From contig CAWJWJ010000002.1 of assembly GCA_963846575.1 (NCBI GenBank), positions 2,560,001-2,624,000 of the forward strand: a stretch of DNA of 64,000 nt, written 5' to 3'. The notes below the pieces were generated by a model. That model saw only the letters and a program-made list of their open reading frames with translations. It made no database searches and had not been told where the DNA came from. How positions within the stretch are numbered: position 1 is the stretch's first letter; each line of letters starts with the position of its first letter. The stretch is from an uncultured Nitrospiraceae bacterium (GTDB taxonomy: Bacteria; Nitrospirota; Nitrospiria; Nitrospirales; Nitrospiraceae). Made by a program: the position numbers and the translations under genes. This document shows positions 38,895 through 47,546 of this stretch, one piece after another.

Positions 38895-39802
38895 GTCCCG
38901 CTCCCTCCACCGCCAGTACGCGGGAACGTCTGGCTGCCTGGTCCATGGTCGCTCCCGCGCTACTCGTCACCCTCGTCTTTGCGCTGTACCCCGTCGTGGA
39001 TTCCTTCTGGCTCAGCCTGCACCACATCTTCGTGGGCATTCCCTCGCTCGGCCATGCGTTCATCGGTGCCGAGAACTATCTGCATCTCCTGCGCGATCCG
39101 GTCGCGCAGCAGGCGCTGCTCGTCACCCTGGGTTTCGTGGTGCTCTCCACCCTGCTGGAACTTGGGTGCGGGCTGGTGATTGCATTGGTCATTCACGAAC
39201 GATTTCGCGGGCGCGGCCTCGTGCGCGCCGCCATCCTGATTCCCTGGGCGATTCCCACTGTGGTGGCCTCGCAATTGTGGCGGTACATCTTCAACGACCA
39301 GTATGGTGTGGCCAATCTCCTGCTGTTCGGTGACAAAGTGGCGGCCTACGTGCCCTGGCTGGCCTATCCGACCGTGGCCTTCGGTATCATTGTCCTTGCC
39401 GATGTCTGGAAGACATCCTGCTTTGCCGCCCTGCTGATCCTGGCCGGACTCCAGGTCATTTCCGACGATCTCTACGAGGCCGCCAAAGTGGACGGCGCCG
39501 GTGCTTGGCAACGGTTCTGGCGCATCACGCTGCCGCTGCTGAGGCCGGCGCTGCTCCTGGCGCTCTTGTTTCGCACCATGGACGCCTTCCGGGTCTTCGA
39601 TCTCGTCTTCGTCATGACGCAGGGCGGGCCCGGCGACGCGACCCAGGTGTTGCAGTTTTACGGGTACCAAACCCTGTTTACCGAAGGCCGTCTCGGTTAC
39701 GGCTCGGCCATCTCGGTCGCCGTCTTCCTCATGATCCTGAGTCTCTCGCTGATTTACCTCCGCGCAATCGGGTCAAGCCTGTTGGAGCGCCGACGCACAT
39801 GA
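38891..39802 (+). CDS. Carbohydrate ABC transporter permease (MalF-like)
   Basis: EAAKVDGA EAA loop, IPWAIP, about 6 TM segments. Confidence 0.93.
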   Translation: MSPAPSTASTRERLAAWSMVAPALLVTLVFALYPVVDSFWLSLHHIFVGIPSLGHAFIGAENYLHLLRDPVAQQALLVTLGFVVLSTLLELGCGLVIALVIHERFRGRGLVRAAILIPWAIPTVVASQLWRYIFNDQYGVANLLLFGDKVAAYVPWLAYPTVAFGIIVLADVWKTSCFAALLILAGLQVISDDLYEAAKVDGAGAWQRFWRITLPLLRPALLLALLFRTMDAFRVFDLVFVMTQGGPGDATQVLQFYGYQTLFTEGRLGYGSAISVAVFLMILSLSLIYLRAIGSSLLERRRT

Positions 39803-40614
39803 ACCGACGGCTCCTGCTCCCAGCCGGCATCGTCGCCACGGTCGGCCTGAGTCTCTGGCCCTTTCTCTGGTTTGTGCTCACCTCGTTCAAATCCCAGGGC
39901 GAAATCGAAGCCGTGCCGCCCACCTGGTGGCCATCGGGCGGCCTGGGTTTTTATCGTTCCGCCCTCTTCGACCACCATTTGTTCAACTACGTGGCCAATA
40001 GCGTCGTGGTGGCCGGCTCGACCACGCTCGTGGCCCTGCTGATCGCGATCCCGGCTGCCTATGCTCTGGCGCGACTGACGATACCGGGGAAGCAGGGAAT
40101 TCTCGCGGTGCTGCTGTGCGTCTCCATGTTTCCGCAAATGGCCATCGCAGGACCTGTCTGGCGCCTGCTCGATACCATCGGCGGACTCAACCATCGATGG
40201 GGCGTCGTGCTCCCCTATGTGGCCCTGACGCTGCCCCTGGCCATTTGGATTCTGGCCAGCTTCTTCAAAGAACTGCCTCCGGAGCTTGAAGATGCCGCCC
40301 GCGTGGATGGCTGCGGTCCCTGGACCACGTTGTTCCGCATCACGCTTCCTCTCGCGGCCCCCGGAGTGTTCACTGCGGCGATTCTGATTTTGATCTATGC
40401 CTGGAACGAGTTTTTCTTTGCCCTCCTGATCCTGACCCAGCCTGAACAACAAACGCTTCCGGTGGGGATCGCGCTCTTCCAGGGAGAATTCACCATGCCC
40501 TGGGGAGAACTGGCTGCCGCCTCGGTGGTGGCAACCGTCCCGCTGATTGTGGTCGTATTACTCTGTCAACGCTGGATCGTCAGCGGACTCTCCGCCGGCG
40601 CGGTGAAAGGCTAG
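39799..40614 (+). CDS. Carbohydrate ABC transporter permease (MalG-like)
   Basis: ATGA overlap at 39799; EDAARVDG, AWNEF, GLSAGAVKG. Confidence 0.93.
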   Translation: MNRRLLLPAGIVATVGLSLWPFLWFVLTSFKSQGEIEAVPPTWWPSGGLGFYRSALFDHHLFNYVANSVVVAGSTTLVALLIAIPAAYALARLTIPGKQGILAVLLCVSMFPQMAIAGPVWRLLDTIGGLNHRWGVVLPYVALTLPLAIWILASFFKELPPELEDAARVDGCGPWTTLFRITLPLAAPGVFTAAILILIYAWNEFFFALLILTQPEQQTLPVGIALFQGEFTMPWGELAAASVVATVPLIVVVLLCQRWIVSGLSAGAVKG

Positions 40615-40617
40615 ACC

Positions 40618-41718
40618 ATGGCGGAACTGGAACTGCGGGCCGTCTCGAAATCGTTTCGAACCCAAACGGTCCTGCACGACATCTCCTGGCAGGTTCCGGA
40701 TGGCAGCTTCACCATTCTGCTCGGTCCCTCCGGCTGCGGGAAATCGACGCTGTTGCGCATCATTGCCGGACTCGATGCCCAGACCTCCGGTCAGGTGCTC
40801 ATCGATCATGCGGTCGTCGATCATCTTCCGCCGGCCGAACGCGACATCGCCATGGTCTTCCAACAATATGCGCTCTATCCGCATCTGTCGGTTCGCGACA
40901 ACCTGGCGTTCGCGTTGACCATCCGACGCACGCCACGGACAGTGATCGATGCCCGAATTGCCGAAGCCGCACAACTGCTCGACATTCACGCATTGCTGGA
41001 CCGGAAACCAAAGGACCTGTCCGGCGGTCAACGGCAACGCGTGGCGATGGGGCGGGCGATCGTCCGCAAACCCAAGCTGTTTTTGTTCGACGAACCACTC
41101 TCCAACCTGGACGCCCAGCTGCGCACCTCCATGCGGATCGAATTGAAGAAGTTGCAGCAACGGTTGAAGGCCACCATCATTTATGTCACCCATGATCAAG
41201 TCGAAGCCATGACGCTGGGCGATCGCATCATCGTGCTGGAAAGCGGCCGGGTCAGGCAGATCGATCCGCCTCAACGCCTCTACGCCGCTCCGGCAGACCC
41301 CTTCGTCGCCTCCTTCATCGGCACACCGCCGATGAACCTCTGGACGGGAACCTTGGCCAGACAGCAGGAGCACACGGTCTTTCGAAGCGGCGCCGTCGAC
41401 CTCTCCTTCCCGGCCGACCTGCTGGCGAGCCAGGCCGGGCCGGAATCGGATGTCACGCTGGGCATCCGCCCCGAAGACATCCGATTGCAGGCAGAGGCTC
41501 GCAGCATCCGGGTACAGGCGACAGTGGAACTCATAGAGGACCTCGGGGCCGATCTGCTCCTCCATTGCCGGGTCGGCCCGCTTCCGCTGGTGGTGCGCAC
41601 CGCTCGAGGATCAGCGGACCATCCGGGGTCGGCGGTCGGACTCTTCTTCCCCATCGATCGACTGCATTTCTTCAAGGACAACCGCCGTCTGGAGGGGGCC
41701 TCCCCTTCTCCCTCTTGA
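40618..41718 (+). CDS. Carbohydrate ABC transporter ATPase (MalK/UgpC-like)
   Basis: GPSGCGKST, LSGGQRQR, DEPLSNLD, VTHDQ, TOBE-like tail. Confidence 0.95.
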   Translation: MAELELRAVSKSFRTQTVLHDISWQVPDGSFTILLGPSGCGKSTLLRIIAGLDAQTSGQVLIDHAVVDHLPPAERDIAMVFQQYALYPHLSVRDNLAFALTIRRTPRTVIDARIAEAAQLLDIHALLDRKPKDLSGGQRQRVAMGRAIVRKPKLFLFDEPLSNLDAQLRTSMRIELKKLQQRLKATIIYVTHDQVEAMTLGDRIIVLESGRVRQIDPPQRLYAAPADPFVASFIGTPPMNLWTGTLARQQEHTVFRSGAVDLSFPADLLASQAGPESDVTLGIRPEDIRLQAEARSIRVQATVELIEDLGADLLLHCRVGPLPLVVRTARGSADHPGSAVGLFFPIDRLHFFKDNRRLEGASPSPS

Positions 41719-41877
41719 CTGCGGCAGCGCCTTCCTTATCTCTTTGAAGAGGACAATACACCGCGCAGAGAAAAACCGGCAGTTCACTTGCAATGCATCG
41801 GGAGACCTCGTAAGCTCCTGAAACGATTGCGCTCTTTGTCTGCGCGTTACGAATAATTCTGGCACGGACCGACACTG

Positions 41878-42897
41878 ATGGCTACAGCACAACGCGGTTA
41901 CTACGACGTTCTCGGCATTCCCCGTCACGCGTCCGCGGACGAGATTAAGAAAGCATTTCGACGACGGGCCCGGGAAATTCACCCCGATCTCCATACCGGG
42001 GCCAAAAAAACGGAGATGGAGAAGAAGTTCAAAGAACTCAACGAAGCCCATGAGGTGTTGTCGGACCCGGACAAGCGGAAAAAATATGATCAGTATGGCC
42101 ACAACTGGGAGCAGGCCGAGGCGTACGAGAGGGCACGTCACCAGGCTGGCGCTCAACCGGGGAGTCATGGTGGCCCAGGCGGCGATTTCGGCGATATCTT
42201 TGAAACCTTCTTTGGCGGTCGAGGCCGCGGCGGAGGGACGGCCGGGTTCGCGATCGACGGGGAGGACCTGGAGACCGATGTCCAACTGACCATTCGCGAT
42301 GTGCTCAGCGGGGTCTCGCGGCGCATCGATCTGACTCAGCGCATCGCCTGCAAGGCCTGTGGCGGCAGTGCCATCGTGCGCGGGCGTCCCTGCGTGGTGT
42401 GCGGAGGGTCCGGCACGCAGACCGAAAAACGCACGATCGAAGTTCGTATCCCGGCGGGCGTGCAGCATGATACCCGTGTGCGCATTGCAGGCAAGGGGCA
42501 ACCCGGTATCAACGGGGGCAAGCCCGGCGATCTCTACCTCCGCGTGCACATACAACCGAACAGCATTTTCCGGCAAAAAGGATTCGACGTGCAGGTGACT
42601 CTTCCCGTCTGGCCATGGGAAGCCGCACTCGGTGCGGAAGTCATGGCCCCCACCCTGACCGAACCGGTGAAAGTGAAAATTCCGCCAGGGAGTAAGGCCG
42701 ACAGCAAACTTCGTTTAAAAGGCAAGGGACTGCCCACCGCCACCGGGGACCACGGGGACTTGTTTCTCAAGCTCAAGATCGTCATGCCTGCCGCGCTTTC
42801 CGATGAGGAGCGGGCCCTCTATGAGCAATTGGGGCGGGGTCGTCACGTCGATCCGCGCGCTGAAATCATCGTCGCGGCCCGACGCGGGTCCTACTGA
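41878..42897 (+). CDS. DnaJ/CbpA-class co-chaperone
   Basis: J domain with HPD, G/F-rich linker, two CxxCxG motifs, DnaJ C-terminal domain (PWEAALG). Confidence 0.9.
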   Translation: MATAQRGYYDVLGIPRHASADEIKKAFRRRAREIHPDLHTGAKKTEMEKKFKELNEAHEVLSDPDKRKKYDQYGHNWEQAEAYERARHQAGAQPGSHGGPGGDFGDIFETFFGGRGRGGGTAGFAIDGEDLETDVQLTIRDVLSGVSRRIDLTQRIACKACGGSAIVRGRPCVVCGGSGTQTEKRTIEVRIPAGVQHDTRVRIAGKGQPGINGGKPGDLYLRVHIQPNSIFRQKGFDVQVTLPVWPWEAALGAEVMAPTLTEPVKVKIPPGSKADSKLRLKGKGLPTATGDHGDLFLKLKIVMPAALSDEERALYEQLGRGRHVDPRAEIIVAARRGSY

Positions 42898-42926
42898 TCA
42901 GCACTCCCTCGGAGTCACTCGCACCC

Positions 42927-43574
42927 ATGAACATCGTCGAATACGCGTTGTTCGCGTTCAGTTCGCTCTTTGTCATCGTCGATCCTATCGCCGTGGTGCC
43001 GGCGTTTCTGGCCATGACCCCTCGGGATTCGATGGCGCAACGACTACGAACTGCGCGCATGGCCTGTCTGGTCGCGGTCGGGATTCTGACCGGCTTTGCA
43101 GTGTTCGGCCAGAGCATTTTCAAGCTCCTCGGCATTACCCTGCCGGCGGTCCAGATTGCGGGCGGCCTGATCTTGTTGTTGGTTGCCCTGGACATGCTCC
43201 GCGCGCAACGGTCCACGGTCCAGGAGACGGCAGCGGAAACCGCCGCAGGAACCAGCAAGGACGACGTTGCCATCACGCCGCTGGCGATCCCCATGCTGGC
43301 GGGACCAGCCGCAATCTCGACCGTCATTCTGCTCGAAACGCGCGCAACTTCATGGGTGCTGCACGCCGTCTTGTTGGGATGCCTTGTACTCGTCGGGTTG
43401 GCGAGTTACAGTATATTAGCGATCGGCGCACGCAGCGCGAAGTGGCTCAATCCCATCGCCGAGAAGATAATTTCGCGGTTGATGGGCTTGCTGCTGGCTG
43501 CGCTGGCCATTCAATTTATGGTGAATGCCCTCACCGGTGATCAAGGGCTCTTGCACGGACTCATCAAACATTAA
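42927..43574 (+). CDS. marC: MarC family integral membrane protein
   Basis: VDPIA, IAGGLILL, PLAIPMLAGPAAIS, RLMGLLL. Confidence 0.9.
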   Translation: MNIVEYALFAFSSLFVIVDPIAVVPAFLAMTPRDSMAQRLRTARMACLVAVGILTGFAVFGQSIFKLLGITLPAVQIAGGLILLLVALDMLRAQRSTVQETAAETAAGTSKDDVAITPLAIPMLAGPAAISTVILLETRATSWVLHAVLLGCLVLVGLASYSILAIGARSAKWLNPIAEKIISRLMGLLLAALAIQFMVNALTGDQGLLHGLIKH

Positions 43575-43598
43575 TCGACTTAACCGAAGGAGGAATGA

Positions 43599-44273
43599 AT
43601 GACGACGAAACTGTTTACATTTGCCACCGCCTCGGCTCTCGCCTGCGCCCTGACGGTTTCCCCCACCTGGGCGAATCCCGAGGCTGGCTACGGTGGACAT
43701 GGAAGCAGCTACGGGGAGCACGGGGGCAGCTATGGCGGCCACGGCAGCAGTTACGAGCGGGGTCGCCACGGCATGGGCGCCACGATGATGGAAATGATGA
43801 TGCATGGCGGTGCGGGCCATCTCATCCGCCATTTCATGAAGCACGAGAAGGAAATCGGACTGAGCGCCGAGCAGATGACCAAACTGAAGGACCTCCAACT
43901 CAACCTCGACAAGAACCGCATCAAGATGGAAGCCGATATCCAGGTCGCGGAGCGGGAACTGCAGGCGTTGACCGAGGACGCGAAGACGGACATCGGATCC
44001 ATCGAATCCAAGCTGAAGCAAAGCGCGGACGTGCAGGTCAAGCTCAGGCTCCTGTCCATCAAGACCAGACGTGATGCGATGGACGTGCTGACCGCAGAGC
44101 AACGGGAAAAACAACAGGCCGAGCATGACAAGGTCATGCAGCAGCACAAGAAAATGGGTCAGGACGCACCCTACGGGAAGAATCCCCACGAGAAGAACCC
44201 TCATGAGAAGAACCCTCATGAGAAGAGCAACCCCCATGGCAAGAATCCGCATGGGGACGCCAAATCTCAGTAA
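43599..44273 (+). CDS. Periplasmic Spy/CpxP-like (heavy-metal-binding) protein with His-rich repeats
   Basis: Signal peptide, LSAEQ and LTAEQ (LTxxQ) motifs, helical core; AAGGAGG SD. Confidence 0.8.
   Translation: MTTKLFTFATASALACALTVSPTWANPEAGYGGHGSSYGEHGGSYGGHGSSYERGRHGMGATMMEMMMHGGAGHLIRHFMKHEKEIGLSAEQMTKLKDLQLNLDKNRIKMEADIQVAERELQALTEDAKTDIGSIESKLKQSADVQVKLRLLSIKTRRDAMDVLTAEQREKQQAEHDKVMQQHKKMGQDAPYGKNPHEKNPHEKNPHEKSNPHGKNPHGDAKSQ
43686..43772 (+). repeat. Degenerate 21-bp in-frame repeat encoding (G/S)YG(G/E)HG(S/G), 3-4 copies
   Basis: GYGGHGS SYGEHGG SYGGHGS SYERGRHG. Confidence 0.8.
44178..44255 (+). repeat. 15-bp in-frame tandem repeat encoding KNPH(E/G), 5 copies
   Basis: aagaatccccacgag aagaaccctcatgag aagaaccctcatgag aagagcaacccccatggc aagaatccgcatggg. 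Confidence 0.9.
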
Positions 44274-44308
44274 GCCTCAGTAAGCGCTGAGCGGACAGGA
44301 GGTCACCC

Positions 44309-44662
44309 ATGATCAAGCAGGTAGCCATTTCCACGCTGATGGTCGGTGCGCTCTGTTTCGCGAGTTCGCCGGCCTGGAGTGACAAGGGCCATAAAGGTAA
44401 GCACGAGGAGGAGCCTCCCGTCTCGGACCTCGTGAAGGACGCCAAGATCACGATCGACCAGGCCATCAAAACCGCCCTGGACAAAGCTCCCGGCACGGCC
44501 GTCGAGGCGGAGCTCGAAAAGAAACATGACAAGACGGTCTGGGAAGTCGAAGTGTTGGGAGCGGACGGCAAGGTGACCGAAGTGCATATCGATGCCGCAA
44601 CGGGAACCATTATCGATACCGAAGCCAAACACGAAAAGCGCGACAAGAAAGAGAAACACTAA
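44309..44662 (+). CDS. Exported PepSY-domain protein
   Basis: Signal peptide, ITIDQAIKTAL, VWEVEV, IDAATGTII; AGGAGG SD. Confidence 0.88.
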   Translation: MIKQVAISTLMVGALCFASSPAWSDKGHKGKHEEEPPVSDLVKDAKITIDQAIKTALDKAPGTAVEAELEKKHDKTVWEVEVLGADGKVTEVHIDAATGTIIDTEAKHEKRDKKEKH

Positions 44663-44669
44663 CCGGAAG

Positions 44670-44700
44670 AGGCCGGGCGACCTCCGCTGTCGTCCGGCCT
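44670..44700 (+). terminator. GC-rich hairpin downstream of the PepSY gene
   Basis: aggccgggcgac-ctccgct-gtcgtccggcct; no clear U tract. Confidence 0.4.
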
Positions 44701-44879
44701 TCGGGCCCCGTTTCGACCGTCCGCTCACCCTTGCATCCTCCGTCAACCCACGTCCCGATCAACCAGGCTGCTCCGGCCTGGCAGATTGACCCCTCACGCT
44801 CATCTGTGCGAAAGTTTGCGACTCGCAAACAGGCCGGCAATGCATGACACGACCGACTTCAGTTCCAGGAGATGAAGGA

Positions 44880-46559
44880 ATGCCCATCACGATCGATCCC
44901 CGACACAAGAGCCAGAAACTACTCGACGGACCAGGCCGCGCACCCGCTCGCGCCATGCTGAAAGCGGTCGGCTTCACCGACGCCGACCTGGAACGCCCCT
45001 TGATCGGCGTCGCCAACACCTGGATCGAAGTCATGCCCTGCAATTACCACCTCCGCCGCTTGTCCGAACGCGTGAAAGCTGGCATTCGCGCAGCCGGCGG
45101 CACCCCGATCGAATACAACACGATCGCGGTATCCGACGGTATTTCCATGGGCACGGAGGGCATGAAAGCCTCGCTGATCAGTCGGGAGGTCATTGCGGAC
45201 TCCATTGAACTGGTAGCGCGCGGCCATCTCTTCGACGGAGTCGTCGCCTTGTCAGGATGCGACAAAACCATTCCCGGCACCGTCATGGCGCTCTGTCGTC
45301 TCAACATTCCCTCGCTCATGATGTACGGCGGATCGATCATGCCGGGACAGTTCCAGGGACACGACGTCACGATTCAAGACGTCTTCGAGGCGGTGGGCAA
45401 ACATGCGGCCGGTTCCATGACGAGCGCGGAATTGAAAGACCTGGAAGATCACGCTTGCCCGGGCCCCGGTGCCTGCGGGGGCCAGTTTACCGCCAACACC
45501 ATGGCCATCGCGTTTGAGTTCCTCGGAATCTCGCCGATGGGCCGGAACGGCGTGCCGGCCATGGATCCGAAGAAGGATGACGTGGCGTTCGAGTGCGGGA
45601 AGCTGGTCATGAACCTCCTCAAGAAAGATATCCGCCCCAAACAAATCATCACGCGCCGCTCAATCGAAAATGCGATTGCCGCCGTGGCCACGACCGGGGG
45701 ATCCACGAACGCGGTACTCCATCTGCTGGCCGTCGCGCGCGAAATGGGCGTACGCTTGACCATCGACGATTTCGACAAAATCAATCGGAAGGTTCCCCTG
45801 CTCGCCGATCTGAAGCCGGGCGGCCGCTTTACCGCCTCGGACCTCTATATGGCCGGCGGTACGACGTTGGTGGCTAAGCGGTTACTGGATGCGAAGATCC
45901 TGCACCCCGATCAGATGACGGTCACCGGACGCACGATCGGGGAAGAAGCTAAGGCCGCTAGTGAAAACCCGGCTCAGCAGGTGTTACGGCCATTGTCGAA
46001 TCCGATCAAGCCGACGGGTGGCATGGTCATCTTGAAGGGCAACCTGGCACCCGAGGGGTGCGTGGTCAAAGTGGCCGGCCATTCGATCATGACCTTCACC
46101 GGACCGGCCAAGGTCTATGATCGTGAAGAAGATGCCTTCGTGGCGGTACAGGCCGGACAAATCAAACCCGGCGATGTGGTGGTGATCCGGTATGAGGGCC
46201 CCTCCGGCGGCCCGGGCATGCGGGAAATGTTGGGCGTGACGGCGGCCATTGTCGGGGCGGGCCTCGGCGATTCTGTGGCGCTGCTCACCGATGGAAGATT
46301 CTCCGGAGCCACACATGGCTTGATGGCAGGACATGTGGCACCGGAAGCCGTGAAAGGCGGTCCGATCGGCGCGGTGAAAAACGGCGACCTCATCACCTTC
46401 GACATTGCGAAACGGCGGCTGGATGTCCAACTCACTCAGAAGGAAGTGACCGCGAGGCTGAAGAAAGTGAAGTACCCCACTCCCCGGTACCAGTCAGGGG
46501 TGATGGGGAAATATGCCCGCCACGTCTCCTCCGCCTCCGAAGGCGCGGTGACGACCTAG
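44880..46559 (+). CDS. ilvD: Dihydroxy-acid dehydratase
   Basis: [51 protein letters not shown]. Confidence 0.97.
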   Translation: MPITIDPRHKSQKLLDGPGRAPARAMLKAVGFTDADLERPLIGVANTWIEVMPCNYHLRRLSERVKAGIRAAGGTPIEYNTIAVSDGISMGTEGMKASLISREVIADSIELVARGHLFDGVVALSGCDKTIPGTVMALCRLNIPSLMMYGGSIMPGQFQGHDVTIQDVFEAVGKHAAGSMTSAELKDLEDHACPGPGACGGQFTANTMAIAFEFLGISPMGRNGVPAMDPKKDDVAFECGKLVMNLLKKDIRPKQIITRRSIENAIAAVATTGGSTNAVLHLLAVAREMGVRLTIDDFDKINRKVPLLADLKPGGRFTASDLYMAGGTTLVAKRLLDAKILHPDQMTVTGRTIGEEAKAASENPAQQVLRPLSNPIKPTGGMVILKGNLAPEGCVVKVAGHSIMTFTGPAKVYDREEDAFVAVQAGQIKPGDVVVIRYEGPSGGPGMREMLGVTAAIVGAGLGDSVALLTDGRFSGATHGLMAGHVAPEAVKGGPIGAVKNGDLITFDIAKRRLDVQLTQKEVTARLKKVKYPTPRYQSGVMGKYARHVSSASEGAVTT

Positions 46560-46561
46560 TC

Positions 46562-47473
46562 ATGATGCTCCTGCTGCGATGCGGCTTCGCATGGGCGACG
46601 CTCGCCATGGCGTCCTTCGACCCCGAGGTTCGCGGGGGGGAGGTGGCGGAGCCATCGGCTTCGGCCTGTGCCGATTGGTCTGCCCGTCATCCGCAATGGA
46701 TCTGGTGCGACGATTTTGAGGTCGACCGGCTGGCCAGCTATTTCGAATACGACATTCGCCACGGCCGGTTTGTTCGCGAAGCCGGCGCGGGCGTCGGCAG
46801 TTCTATCGGCATGCGCGCGGAGTATCTACCCGGTGATCCGCATGGAGGAGCCCTCCACCTCGCCTTCGGCCAAACTCCAAGCGCCTATATGAAACCGGTC
46901 GATGCCGGAACGGCGCGGTACCAGGACATTTATTGGCGGTTCGATCTGCGGCTTCAGCCAGAGTGGACCGGCGGCGGGGCCGACAAATTGACCAGAGCCA
47001 CCATCCTGTCCAGCGACCGATTTGCACAGGCCGCCATCGGCCATCTCTGGAGCGGTGGGCTGCCCGGCTCCGACCCCGATCGGCTGTATCTCGATCCGGC
47101 CTCCGGAACCGACGAAGTCGGGACGTTGCGCACGACCACCTATAATGATTTTCCGCGGTTGCGCTGGCTCGGGTCGGCCGGCGGCAAGACCCCTCTGTTC
47201 AGTGCTGCCCACATCGGCCAGTGGTTTTGCATCGAGATCCATATGAAGTTGAATAGCCGCAGTGCGGCCGATGGTCTGTTCGAATATTGGATCAACGATC
47301 AGCTGGAGGCCAGGCGAACGGGGTTGAATTGGATCGGCAGTTATGACGACTATGGCATCAACGCCGTATACCTCGAACAATACTGGACCTCTGTACCGTT
47401 CACCCAGGTTCAGCAACGGTATTGGGATAACTTCGTGGTATCCACCAACCGCATCGGGTGTTCCCTGGGATGA
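46562..47473 (+). CDS. Exported hypothetical protein, beta-sandwich (polysaccharide-lyase/ConA-like)
   Basis: WCDDFE, YWRFDLRL, GQWFCIEIHMKLN..DGLFEYWIND, WDNFVVS pattern. Confidence 0.6.
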   Translation: MMLLLRCGFAWATLAMASFDPEVRGGEVAEPSASACADWSARHPQWIWCDDFEVDRLASYFEYDIRHGRFVREAGAGVGSSIGMRAEYLPGDPHGGALHLAFGQTPSAYMKPVDAGTARYQDIYWRFDLRLQPEWTGGGADKLTRATILSSDRFAQAAIGHLWSGGLPGSDPDRLYLDPASGTDEVGTLRTTTYNDFPRLRWLGSAGGKTPLFSAAHIGQWFCIEIHMKLNSRSAADGLFEYWINDQLEARRTGLNWIGSYDDYGINAVYLEQYWTSVPFTQVQQRYWDNFVVSTNRIGCSLG

Positions 47474-47546
47474 CTGTCCTGCGCGCACGGCAGAGCTGAG
47501 GGTGTTGCAGATATTCGTTTCTTGATCTCCGGCCACCAATAAAGGG

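Noticed and set aside
43595..44074. 159-aa alternative-frame ORF sharing the AAGGAGG SD region
   Set aside because: The 43599 frame has better SD spacing, a signal peptide and LTxxQ motifs
44178..44285. Short repeats as a possible CRISPR array
   Set aside because: In-frame coding repeats with no spacers, and no cas genes nearby
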